NCBI GenBank assembly: GCA_951406725.2
Contig: OX597827.1
Span: 82,398,001 to 82,462,000 of the forward strand
Direction of reading: 5' to 3'
Origin: Octopus vulgaris
Taxonomy: Eukaryota
Length of the DNA: 64,000 nucleotides
Under the pieces are notes generated by a model. It worked only from the letters and a program-made list of their open reading frames with translations. It was not told the origin of the DNA and made no database searches. Positions 12,025-23,479 of the stretch are shown one piece after another. The position numbers and the translations under genes were made by a program. Positions within the stretch are counted from its first letter, which is position 1; each line of letters begins with the position of its first letter.

Positions 12025-12315
12025 GGTGCATGGCCCAGAGGTTAGGTATGTTGCACTCATAATCATGAGATTATGATTTCGATTCCCACATCGGCTGCAT
12101 ATTGTGTTCTTGGGCAAAACACTTCACTTCACATTTTCTCCATTCGACTCCACTGTAAATGGGTAGTCCTTTGACAAATTGCCGTTCCAGTCCAGGTCGT
12201 GTTGGCCTGGTTGCGTATCTAATGGGGTAGCATCATTCTAAAGCTAAAATAATGCAAAGTGCATTGTGATCAGCGATATGTTACAATGTCTGATAGTCTG
12301 GTCAATCTCAGTTAC
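12025..12315 (+). mobile_element. tRNA-derived SINE (CORE/V-like body)
   Basis: tggcccagaggttagg...ttcgattccc...gtgttcttgggcaaaacactt. The 3' part matches the tail of the 8753 copy. Confidence 0.65.
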
Positions 12316-12704
12316 ATAATGTCATACAGAAGGTGTTGAGCCATTTGTATAAACCTCAGTATATTACTGGTAATTTATTCTGTCGACCTCAGGTGGTTGG
12401 AAGACAAAATCAATTCCAGCAGGATTTGAACTCAGTCCACAAAGTGTTACAAGTAAAAACTTTTAGAGTTTCTGGTTCACTACTCCACCACACCACCCTC
12501 TCCTACATCAATTCACAGTCACAAATTCAGAATGTTGGAGTAGCTTTGACTGATTCCACCTCAGTATATTACCGGTATTCAATGACAAAACTGCCCACCC
12601 GACTCCCCCCCCAACAACAAGATGAGGAACCAGAATAGAGAAAGATAGTGGAAATAAACTAGTGAAAGTGTAGTAGTATGGGGACCCACCATAATTGGGA
12701 CAAA

Positions 12705-12810
12705 GGCATGGAGGCACAGGGACACAGAGGCATGGAGGCACAGAGGCACAGAGGCATGGAGGCACAGGGGCACAGAGGCATGGAGGCACAGGGGCACAGA
12801 GGCATGGAGA
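12705..12810. repeat. 24-bp minisatellite (ggcatggaggcacaggggcacaga) x ~4
   Basis: Direct reading. Confidence 0.9.
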
Positions 12811-12854
12811 CCCACATTTGGTGAGTTAGGGTTAGAGTTCGTTATAATAATCCT

Positions 12855-13150
12855 TGTGAATGGCTTAGTGGGTTAGGGTGTTCAGCTCTTGACCAGAAGG
12901 TCGTGAGTTTGGTTCCTGACTGGGCATCGTGTCCTTCAGCACCAGTCCACTCAGCTGGCAAAAACGAGTGGAACTTGTAATTCAATGGGGCAGCCCTGTA
13001 ATGTTCTGTGTCACACTTAATCTCCCTGAGAACTACATTAAGGGTTCATGTGTCTGTGGAGTGCTCAGCCTCTTGCCCATTTATTTCATGAACAGGCTGT
13101 TCCGTTGATTGGATCAACTGGAACCCTCATTGTGGTAACCAACAGTGCCA
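12855..13150 (+). mobile_element. tRNA-derived SINE (CORE/V-like body)
   Basis: tggcttagtgggttaggg head. The tail gagaactacattaaggg...gtggagtgctcagcc...ggaaccctc is shared with the 16404 copy. Confidence 0.7.
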
Positions 13151-13667
13151 TTTCTATAATGACCTTTCAGGGGTGATAAGTAAAGAACCAGTCAAATGCT
13201 TGGGTCAGTTCGTCTCTCTCTCTCTCAGAACCAGTTGTAGTCTACAGTAGGGCCATGGGGAAATAACTCATAATGCCCTTTCTATCAAGAAATTGAGGAG
13301 AGGTGAGTTAGTGGCTTGTAACATCTTCCCATCCAACATGCTATGAAAACTGCAAAAGAAACCAAAAAATATGACAAATCAATGTGTTTAACAATAAAGA
13401 AGAGCTAAATAGAAAAAAAAAAGAAAAAGATAAGAGATGGGAAACAGAATCTGTTTTGTTAGGATTTGAACTCAGAACTTAAGGGAGATAATTGAGCACA
13501 GTCAAATATCTTGTCAACTGCTCTACCAGTTCTGTCACTAATAACAACGTTAGTTTAATTACTGCACCTTGGTGAAACCCTTGTCAACGTTATGTGACTA
13601 ATTGATCTGTTAATTACATCTTTTTGACATCCAGCAGAAAATAATGATGATGATGATGATGATGATG

Positions 13668-13722
<55 letters not shown>

Positions 13723-14349
13723 TAATAATAATTAGCTTCATTTTACTTTGAGAGAATTTTTTTTTTATTTTTGTTGTAGAGGTAGATTGGTTGTATGAGA
13801 GAGGTTCCCTGCCCCCTGGCTGCAGATCTCCGACTTCAGCAGAGCAGAGACTCAGTAAAGCTTCAAAGAGCAGCAGCAGCAGCAACAGCAGCAGCTGTGC
13901 CCCAATGTGGTGCCACCCTTAACACTAACATCCAGAATCACTTAGGATCTTTGTCTGTTTTCTTCTTTCTACACAACATTTCATTTGTGGAACTCTGAAT
14001 ATCAACAACAACAGCCCAATCCATCCTCCTCATAATCTTCCTCCCTCTGGAATTTGCAACCCTGTCTGTGTTTCTTTGTGTGTTCCCTCCACCTACCATC
14101 TGTTCTCCCCCTCGTTTTTAATTATAAAAACAAAGATTTATAAATATATAAAAAAAGAAACAAACTACATGTGTATGGTGTGATTGAACCCCTAATCTTT
14201 CCTTCCGTGACTCACCTGCAACATTTACTAAAACAACATATCATGATTGAAGACTCAGTCACTTTTTAGTCACTGGTCATAACCTAAACTGTCTGACAGA
14301 TATTCGTCATATTTTTCTTCTTTTCTTATTTTATACAAAAAAAGTTTCA

Positions 14350-14775
14350 TCAGACATTGCGTTTATCAATGTCTAAAAGATACATGTAGCAATGCAACAT
14401 TCAATTTGTCAGATAAAAGTTACTCAACATGTAAGACACGTGTAAGGATCAGACAATGTTTGTCAAACACAAAACTTTTCTAATGTGCAAGACACATGCA
14501 CAACAATCAGACATTGTGTTTGTCAAACACAGATCTTCACATCTATGTACAGCGAATGTGTAGCAACTGGACACATGCTTTTGTCAAACATCAAACTTCT
14601 TAATTGAGAAAGACAAATGTATAATAACCAGACATTGTCAAACACAGAACTTTGCAGCTTTATATGAAACATGTGTAACAATCAAAGAGTGTGTTTGTGA
14701 AACAGATATAGTCACCTGTATAAGACAAATGTGCAATAATGAGACACTGGTTTGTCAAGCATAGACTGTCTGATA
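14350..14775. repeat. Diverged tandem array, ~54-61 bp period, ~7 units
   Basis: A TGTCAAACAC-like core occurs at 14407, 14461, 14521, 14582, 14636, 14696 and 14753. Each is preceded by an aagaca.atgt...aa..agaca-like block. Confidence 0.75.
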
Positions 14776-14917
14776 ACTTTATGATAGAAGAAAAAAATAT
14801 ATCACCATTGACAGCTATATATATAAGAGAATGAGAGAGAGAAACATGCCAAGGAAAGATATATAATAACCATATATATATATATATAATTACTATGAAG
14901 CATTGTGTAGAATATAT

Positions 14918-15105
14918 TGTATAAAGGATCCTGGCTAAGGCCAGAACAAAGCGAAGGAAATGCAAACCAAATCACAAGAAAATAAATAAATGAATTAATG
15001 TAGACTTTACCTGGCAAGGTAAAGTTTACTTTAATAAATTTATATATTTTCTTGGGCTTGCATTTACTTCGCATTATTCTGGCCTTACCCAGGACCCTTT
15101 ATACA
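14918..15105. mobile_element. Fold-back MITE-like element with TGT...ACA termini
   Basis: Whole-length imperfect palindrome centred on actttacct-ggca-aggtaaagt (loop 15013-15016). Termini TGTATAAAGG and CCTTTATACA are flanked by ATAT on both sides. Confidence 0.7.
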
Positions 15106-15174
15106 ATATATACATATATATATATATTCTATATATTAAATATATATTAAATATATATATATATATAAGCAAGG

Positions 15175-15256
<82 letters not shown>

Positions 15257-15945
15257 TCATAAATGAGGGTGAAAAATTAGATATTAATTTAATAATATAT
15301 ATATATATGTAATAAAGAGGTATATATCTACATATCCGTGAGACATTGTTTTTTTTTGTGTTGTTTTGACCAATAAAGTTTTGATTTGACCAACATTTGA
15401 TGGATCTCAGCTCAACTAATTTACTATTGTTGTTGTTGTTGTTGTTATTGTTATTGTTCTTTATCTCTCACTTCTTTATCTCGTAAGCAGCTCACCTGGC
15501 TTACAAGATATTGTTAATAGTTCCTGTTACCTAGGTAATGTAATTAGTGAAATAGATGGCTGTAATTAAGACATTGATGTAATTGGTGATTAAGGAGGGT
15601 GGGGAGGAGAAGTTTAGGCGGTTGTCGTCTGTTGGCAACAAAGAATTTCCATTTTTGTTTTTGTGTGTAAATAATGGTAGGAAGGTATGTAATATTACCT
15701 GGTGGTGAAACATGGATTATTGCATGTGGAAGATCTGTGGTCTATGGGGAAACATGGGGTGGGATCTGTTGTATGAGTAATATTTAGCTACATGGTGGTT
15801 GGATCTTGAGGATTGAAAACCTGGGGCAGGATGAAGAGGGATAAAAGAGTGTAATTTGGATGGGTTAACATGAATGAGAGAGAGAGAGAGGAAGAGAGAG
15901 ATAGGGAGAGAGAGGAAGAGAGAGATAGGGGGAGAGAGAGATAGG

Positions 15946-15997
<52 letters not shown>

Positions 15998-16403
15998 GAG
16001 AGAGATAGGGAGAGAAAGAGAGAGAGAGAGTAACGGCACCCCTACTAAAAAGGCAACAGGGTGCAAAAGTGCCACAAAGTGACTCTGGTCTGGTTTATGT
16101 AATGGGGAAGCCAAGTGAAAGAGTATCCAACAGAGTGAGATATAAGAATGGCAGAAGTCAGGATGTAAGGCCATTCTGTGCAGATTGTACAGAATGGAAG
16201 ATTATGGGGATGTAGCATATTGCAGAGACACTCCATCCATGCCACAACAAAAATTCAGGCCTTAATATCTTAACAACAAACAAAAGTGTGTGTGTGTGTG
16301 TGTGAGCATGTTTCTTTAAATACTTGACTGTGTTCAAATTTTATCTTTAAGATTTTTAGATTTTTCATATTTTCTTGTCATCTTTTTATTATTGATTTAG
16401 AGT

Positions 16404-16772
16404 GGTGGCACAGTGGTCCAGTGGTTAGGGCAGCGGACTCGCAGTCATAGGATCGCGGTTTCGATTCTCAGACTGGGCATTGTGAGTGTTTATTGTGCAG
16501 AAACATCTAAAAGCTCCACACGCTCCGGCAGGGGTTAGTGGCGAACCCTGCTGTACTCTTTCACCACAACTTTCTCTCATTCTTTCTTCCTCTTTCTGTT
16601 GTACCTGTATTTCAAAGAGCCAGCCTCGTCACATTGAATTTCACCCGAGAACTACATTAAAGGTACATGTGTCCGTGGAGTGCTCAGCCACTTGCACATT
16701 AATTTCACGAGCAGGCTGTTCTGTTGATCGGATCAAATGGAACCCTCGTCATCGTAACTGACGGTGTGCCAC
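16404..16772 (+). mobile_element. tRNA-derived SINE
   Basis: A/B-box head gtggtccagtggttagggcagcggactcgcagtcataggatcgcggtttcgattc. The body is shared with the 8753 copy. Confidence 0.8.
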
Positions 16773-17113
16773 ATTTGATTTGGAACAGTAGAGTTCCAAA
16801 CACAGACATCAAAAAATTAGCATGTCACTGCTGACATGAAAAAATTTGAAAAATTAAAAAACCTGATGGCCCAAATTTAACCAAACAAATGAACATGTAG
16901 CAGTTGATGCATTAAGCTAAAAGTCAAGAAACCGCTGGTTGGAAAGGCTACATGAATTTAATCAGTATATAAGAAACAACACTGGTGCTATATATATATA
17001 TATAATAATTTGAGGGAATATTATTCCAAACTTACAGGGAAAAATTCAATGTAATTTTCTAGATGGTGTAATTTAATGTTTTATTTTGAATTGATAAAAG
17101 GTGGTTTTTTCTA

Positions 17114-17150
<37 letters not shown>

Positions 17151-17377
17151 TATATTCGTTTCAATTCTCGGTAAGGAGACTGTAAAGGTCTAAAAATGTC
17201 AGGTATGGATTTAGAAGCTCTTCTGATTTAGGAACCCATTGTATAAAGCTAAAAAGAAGAAAGAAAATATGAAAACAATACAAAATAAAAGAAAGATAAA
17301 ACTCTGATGTAGTCATGTATTTAATAAGACATGTATAAAAGAAAACCTGTTCCTCCACACACATATATATATATATA

Positions 17378-18228
17378 CAGGGTGAGGTGGGTAAATCGTC
17401 ACCATTTTATATTTTTAATTTCATGCGTGCACATTGTTTTTGATTTTCTTGACTACACAGTATAGTAGAGTCAGTTGGGCACCGTCTGTGAGAAAAACAG
17501 CACCATGAAGACATTCACTCTGCCAGAAATTTGGAAACGACATGTTGTACAGCTTGGTATTCGTGCCAGAAGCTCCAATATGAATATTTGAGTGTTTGGA
17601 TATCAATCTGAGGACGTATACTGAGAGTGATAAAAATCAAAGATCCAGCCAACATCATGGTGTTTAGAATGATCACTAGTGATGGCGACGTTATGCCTGT
17701 ATTCATTTTCCCAGATGGTCTCACACTCAACATGGAAGCCTACATCAAGTGCCTGGAGGAGGTAGTGCTGTCCTAGGCCAAGAGGAAGATCCTATGTCTG
17801 GTAATAGGACTCTGGACCATGCCACACAAGCAGAAGAACCCAGTCATGGCTGTCAGATAATTTCTGCGACATATCACCTTTAACATCTGGCCACTTAACT
17901 CCCACACTGCAATACCCTTGATTATTATGTGTGGGGCACAGTTGAGAAAGAGACCAGCAAAACTCCTTGTAACACCAAAGATGAACTGAAGGCAAGGATT
18001 ATAGCAGCATTCACCAGCATATACAACATCGTCCAGAAGAGTTGCAGCAGATTCCAAAGTCGTCTAGAAGCCATAGTTGAAGGCAATGGCGATTATATTG
18101 GATAAATTTACTCTTTAGTATTTCAGGATATTTTTATGGAATTTTGGTAAAGATATCTGTTAAAATGAGATGTCAGTGTTATTTTCGTTTTTGCGTAATT
18201 CAAACAGCCGTTTATACACCACACCCTG
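17378..18228 (+). mobile_element. Internally deleted Tc1/mariner (DD37D/maT-like) element
   Basis: TA|CAGGGTG...CACCCTG ends. Frameshifted transposase remnants include DSGPCHTSRRTQSWLSDNF...IWPLNSPHCNTLDYYVWGTVE...RLEAIVEGNGDYI. Confidence 0.85.
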
Positions 18229-18321
18229 TTTAAGTGTATATCAACATCTACTGTGGTATCAAGTACTCTTGCCAAAAGTCAACACTAAATGTAATGAATA
18301 TATAATATAATTACACACAAA

Positions 18322-18714
18322 CATGCATGCACGTGGCACACAATAAGCACCATTCATTCGTGGGTCATTGCCAGTGGCACCTGATTGGCACCGTGTGCCA
18401 GTGGTATGTAAAAAGTACCATCCGAACGCGGTCAATGCCAACCCCCACCTTGACTGGCTCCTCTGCTGGTGGCACATAAAAAGCACCATCCGAACGTGGA
18501 TGATGCCAGTGCTGCCTGACTGGCTCCCCATGCCAGTAGCACATAAAAAGCATCCACTACACTCTTGGAGTGGTTGGCGTTAGGAAACGCATCCAGCTGT
18601 AGAAACCTTGCCAGATCAGATTGGAGCTTGGTGCAGCCTCCTGGCTTGCCAGTCCCCAGTCAAACCGTCCAACCCATGCCAGCGTGGAAAACGGACGTTA
18701 AATGATGATGATGA
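18322..18714 (+). mobile_element. RTE-tailed short element with tandem units
   Basis: Same family as the 10360 copy. Confidence 0.8.
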
Positions 18715-19330
18715 TATATATATATTTATACTTGGAGTATGTATTTTCCCTTTGAATGAAATGGTGAGAGAATCTAGCAAAGGACTCCTTTAACCTTTTT
18801 GCTCCAACTTTTGTACAATCAGTTTTCATTTTATTTTTCCACATTTTCCACTTCTTTAGACCTTCATTATTTACCATAATTAAAATCTAAACTTCATCGC
18901 TACATATGATTTCTGAACGTGGGACAAAAATGTCCCAATAGTATTCTAATGAACAAATACTCGGGACTATTCTATCCCAACAGTATTTCCCATGCACATT
19001 GAACAAGTTCAGAAAATTACAGAAATAAAACTGAAATAAAACTGAAATAAATCTTACAATTTATTTCAAATGCAAAATTAAGCTATAATTGCTTTCTCAT
19101 AGAATATTTATTATAAATTACAACTCTTGTTTTGAACAACACTTATAAAATAACATATATAATGATCCTTTCCAAATAATACTTATAAAATAATCAATAA
19201 ACTTCTTTCCTCATATATTTATTATGTAATTTTATAGTTTTTTTTTTCTGTTATATCATACTGACTAATGACTATATTCCTTTTCTTAAATAATATTTAC
19301 GAGAACAACCATTATTCAAAAATACATGCT

Positions 19331-19787
19331 GTGTTGCCAGCCCACTTATGCATACCTTTCCTTCTTGTGACACAAACCCTACTTGTGAAGACCTGTTGAG
19401 GCAAGTGAAAATCGAAATCAAAATCGATCAACATCAATGGAAATTGTAGCTGTGATACCAGTGCCGGTGGCATGTAAGAGAACCATCCGAACGTGACCGT
19501 TGCCAGTGCCGCCCCAACTGGCCTCCGTGCCAGTGGCACGTAAAAAGCACCATCTGATCATGGCCGTTTGTCAGCCTCGTCTGACACCTGTGCAGGTGGC
19601 ATGTAAAAAGCACCCACTACATTCACGGAGTGGTTGGCGTTAGGAAGGGCATCCAGCTGTAGAAACTCTGCCAGATCAGACTGGGCCTGGTGCAGCCTTC
19701 TGGCTTCCCAGACCCCAGTTGAACCGTCCAACTCATGCTAGCATGGAAAACGGATGTTAAACGATGATGATGATGATGATGATGATG
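19331..19787 (+). mobile_element. RTE-tailed short element inserted in the piggyBac relic
   Basis: Same tandem unit and (GAT)n tail as the 10360 copy. Confidence 0.85.
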
Positions 19788-20067
19788 AGGATTCATGAAT
19801 GCATAAAGCCATGTTGCATTTTCGGCAAATGTATTGGGTCCTCCTTTCTTTGTTCCTCAAAGTACAATTCCTACATCTTCTGTGACTCTTTAGTTTTACT
19901 GGAATATGATCATTTGCACTCAAAATCAACTTTGAACTCTTAGAAAGCCATCCAAAAGATTTCATTCCCTTCTGTGGAAAATTCAACCTTCCTGCCTCAA
20001 TCAAACATTTGCTAAGAAATTTATGAATGGTGGTTTCATGTGGTGAAGTTCAGAGTGAATAACACAG

Positions 20068-20290
20068 CTATGGCAGAAACGTTAGCATGCCGGGCGAAAT
20101 GCGTAGCCGTATTTCGTCTGCTGTTACGTTCTGGGTTCAAATTCCGCCGAGGTCAACTTTGCCTTTCATCCTTTCGAGGTCGATAAATTAAGTACCAGTT
20201 ACGCACTGGGGTCGATGTAATCGATTTAATCCGTTTGTCTGTCCTTGTTTGTCCCCTCTGTGTTTAGCCCCTTGTGGGTAGTAAAGAAAT
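20068..20290 (+). mobile_element. SINE with conserved central domain (other degraded copies ~22385-22560 +, ~31015-31160 -)
   Basis: ggttcaaattccgccgaggtcaactttgcctttcatcctttcgaggtcgataaattaagtaccag. It resembles the MetaSINE/Sauria-type central domain as I recall it; not verified. Confidence 0.7.
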
Positions 20291-20820
20291 ATATAAACCG
20301 CTGTCATCAGAAGCCTGAAGAACACTTTAGTCCACCATTTTCTAGTTTGTCAATCCTTATGATAATCGCTTCTGGACAAGTGAACTCTTCCCTTTTTCCA
20401 TCCTACTCCTTATACTGTGAGCTGGATTTGTCCCATCCGAAGACATTTTGAATGAAGAAAATTCACTTTAGTATTAAAAATCTTTTCTTGAGATACATTT
20501 GTCCCATTAGGAGCGAAAGAGTTAAGCAATCCCCTGAGGTGGGTGCATTTTATACCTTGGATGGATGGAGGATGATGATAACACAATATATCACCAATGT
20601 ACTAAAGGTGTAAAAATGTGTCGAAACAATTGTAGTGATTTTAAATAAAAAATATCACTCATTCCATTTTCTAAGATTTATCTATCTATTCATACACACA
20701 CACACACACACATGTTTATATATATATGTATGTATATATATATATATACCGGAGTAAACACATAAATGTGAAACAAGGTGGAAAAAAGAGTACTCAAATA
20801 CCAGTGGTAGAGTAATATGC

Positions 20821-20960
20821 TTTATTCAAAAGCAGCAGAAAATTCAACAAAACCTGTTACTCTGAGTTTCCCGTTCCTGTTCGTCGGACAGTTTTTGCTA
20901 GACGAATGGGAACATGAAACTCAGAGTAACAGGTTTTGTTGAATTTTCTGCTGCTTTTGA

Positions 20961-20965
<5 letters not shown>
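20821..20965. repeat. 65-bp inverted repeat (15-nt loop) carrying a Penelope-type hammerhead variant
   Basis: Arms 20821-20885 and 20901-20965; the outer 50 bp are perfectly complementary. Minus strand 20854-20891 reads CUGU-CCGACGA-acaggaacgg-GAAAC-ucaga-GUA-ACAG. Confidence 0.85.
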
Positions 20966-21038
<73 letters not shown>

Positions 21039-21083
21039 ATATTTAGATAGATAGATAGATAGATAGATAAATATACATACATA

Positions 21084-21157
<74 letters not shown>

Positions 21158-21334
21158 CATACACACATACATGACATCATGATATCATTCTTATGTGACA
21201 TGGATGAACACATAAAACAGGAAACTCTAAGTAGTGAAAGGTTTAATCAAGAGTTTCAATAAAAAATAATTTATGAAAACTCCGTTTATGTAAATTGAGA
21301 ACTGTTTTCCATGTTTGTATATTGAAATTCTTCA

Positions 21335-21434
21335 TGCAGAAAGTTTGCATTTATTCAAAGACTCCACCTGAGAAAATTGGTAGGAATAGGATTGTTAAGT
21401 GGAGGGTTTGAATAAATGCAAAGCTCTGCCTGAA
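21335..21434. repeat. Imperfect inverted repeat (MITE-like core)
   Basis: gcagaaagtttgcatttattcaaagactccac ... gtggagggtttgaataaatgcaaagctctgc. Confidence 0.65.
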
Positions 21435-21905
21435 ACCATTGGTAGCACTTTTAACTTAGAAATAAAAACTGCCGTATTTCTATTCACAAAATCCTACGGT
21501 GCTTCTATATTCTCTAAACTGCTGTAATATAATGTTAACCCTTTTGTTGCTGTATTTATTTTGAGATATTCTGGGTTTCTTTCAATTATTTTAAATATAA
21601 CAAGAATAAAAGAATAAGTACCACTACATTATTCTATTGTCACCATGACATACCATAACGTACAGCAATCTACCATTTGTGCTGTTATCTACTTACCTGA
21701 TATATTGGTTTAGATCAGCTGACCATTTTGTACTTAGTACAGTCGAAATACCAGTAATATATCACTGGAAACATGAGCAGAAAATCACAAACTGTGTGTT
21801 TCCTCTGTAGTTTTGGGTCCCCATTGAGATATTGGGTCAGAACATCATCAATCTGGAGGGTCTTCAATAGCAGTAACCTATCTCTCTCCCTCCCTCTCTC
21901 TCCCT

Positions 21906-21950
<45 letters not shown>

Positions 21951-22636
21951 ACTGAACCACCCCTCTTTCTCTCTAAGTTCTATACATACAAGGACTTGAA
22001 CTCACCAATGGGTGTTTAGTGAACGATCCTCTGCTCTTGTCACTTCTTCCAGTAACTTGCACCTCCTCATAGAGCTTATTCACGGTAAGTGGACTGGCTA
22101 CAGAGAGTGATGAACATCTGTACCTCTGTATCGTAGCCAATGGAGTCTGACCGTAAACACACAACATCACTACCGCCACCTATCCTATGTCTCACCCTAT
22201 CACTTTCAGCCCATCTTCAAGACGTACCACTACAACACAACTACCACACCACTATACCAACACCCTGTATTAACACCCTCTTAAGCCAAGTTCAACATAT
22301 ACCACCACCATCACATTGCACTACCACACCACTCTATCCTACAGTACCTATACTACGTCATAGACCACCACTGTGTGTTATCAGTTGGAAGAAATGCTTA
22401 GCAGTATTTTTTCTGTCTCTCTCTGTTCTGAATTCAAATTCCACCGAGGTATACTTTGCCTTTCATCCTTTTGGGGCCAAAGAAATAATAATCAGTTGAG
22501 CTCTTGGATTGAGGGAATTGGCTTACCTCCTCCCTCAAAATTGTTGGCCTTGTGTCAGAATTTTAAATCATCACTATTATTTTTTTTTTTTCTTCAAATT
22601 TTCTTCCATTTTTCGCCATTATTATTATTATTATCA

Positions 22637-22667
<31 letters not shown>

Positions 22668-22710
22668 TGTTATTGTTGTTATTATTGTTATTCTTATCAC
22701 TTCCACACAG

Positions 22711-22879
22711 CCCAAGTCAAAGATGTACCAGCCAGCCATTACAGCCACTTCCTGTGCAGGTGAACCGGATGTTGATGAGATGATGATCATGGGTCCCAGT
22801 TATTTAAGTGACAGAGACACTGGCCATATGTGGAGCCGAGGAGACAAGGATCAATACGAAGAGATTCCAGCTATGTTAG
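22711..22879 (+). CDS. Pcdh: Protocadherin cytoplasmic exon 2 (PKSKMYQPAITATSCAGEPDVDEMMIMGPSYLSDRDTGHMWSRGDKDQYEEIPAML)
   Basis: Acceptor ttcttatcacttccacacAG ends at 22710. The frame is open in phase 0, matching the 7346 donor. This is an island of complex sequence between repeats. Donor TTAG|GTAAAG at 22879/22880 is phase 1. Confidence 0.75.
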
Positions 22880-22910
22880 GTAAAGAACCAATCTACCTTC
22901 GTTGCATGTA

Positions 22911-23160
22911 TGAGGTTTGGTCCAAAAGGATCAGCACTGGGGCTCTAAAAAGGGAACTACAGGGCATAAAATCTCCTTTGAAGTAATCCCCTTCTGGAGC
23001 CTCACTCTTTATCCAGTCTCGCTTCCATTGATGGAAGCATTCTTGGAACTCCTTTAAAGAGATACCAAACTGGTGCCTAATCGCATCCTCTTGGATTTCT
23101 TCAAGGTCTTGAAATCTTGTGCCTTTCGAGAGGGATTTGATTTTTGCGAAGGGAAAAATG
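22911..23160 (-). mobile_element. mariner 3' end fragment
   Basis: TA|TGAGGTTTGGTCCAAAAG terminus. The minus strand reads KGTRFQDLEEIQEDA...KEFQECFHQWKRDW...GDYF, a mariner transposase C-terminus. Confidence 0.7.
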
Positions 23161-23439
23161 TTCTCCCAAAATCTTCATCACAGTTGATATTTTATTGGAC
23201 AACTTGGAAACCTTTGAACCAATTTCCCTTGTGAGGCAATCACACTCTACACACTTTACTTCCAAACACTTCTACAAACAACTGAAGTGAGTGAGGACGT
23301 TATAACTGAGTGTGTTTCCATGACAGAGTTGAAGGTCAGATGGTGCCAAACAGCTTCACTCTGTGGACTTTATCTTCATTACCATTACAACAGTCCTCAT
23401 ACTTTTCAGTCAGAACTTATATGTATATGTATGTGTGTG

Positions 23440-23478
<39 letters not shown>

Positions 23479-23479
<1 letters not shown>

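Larger units (their letters stand above)
18794..20521 (-). mobile_element. piggyBac relic with nested retroposon insertions
   Basis: TTAA at 18790-18793 and 20522-20525 flanks imperfect TIRs CCTTTTTGCTCCAA / CTCTTTCGCTCCTAA. The minus strand encodes a Cys-rich C-terminal domain, RRCRNCTLRNKERRTQYICRKCNMALCIH. Confidence 0.75.

Noticed and set aside
14205-14225. Perfect minus-strand donor CAG|GTGAGT suggesting a nested antisense exon
   Set aside because: No matching acceptor or ORF was found, and a single 9-mer is expected by chance in 64 kb.
16404-16480. Possible tRNA genes at SINE heads (also 8980-9050, 3958-4040)
   Set aside because: There is no complete cloverleaf or acceptor stem, and each continues into a dispersed repeat body.
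22880-22986. Continuation of ORF 22723..22986 beyond the donor
   Set aside because: It runs into a mariner terminal fragment starting at ~22911 and is interpreted as intron.
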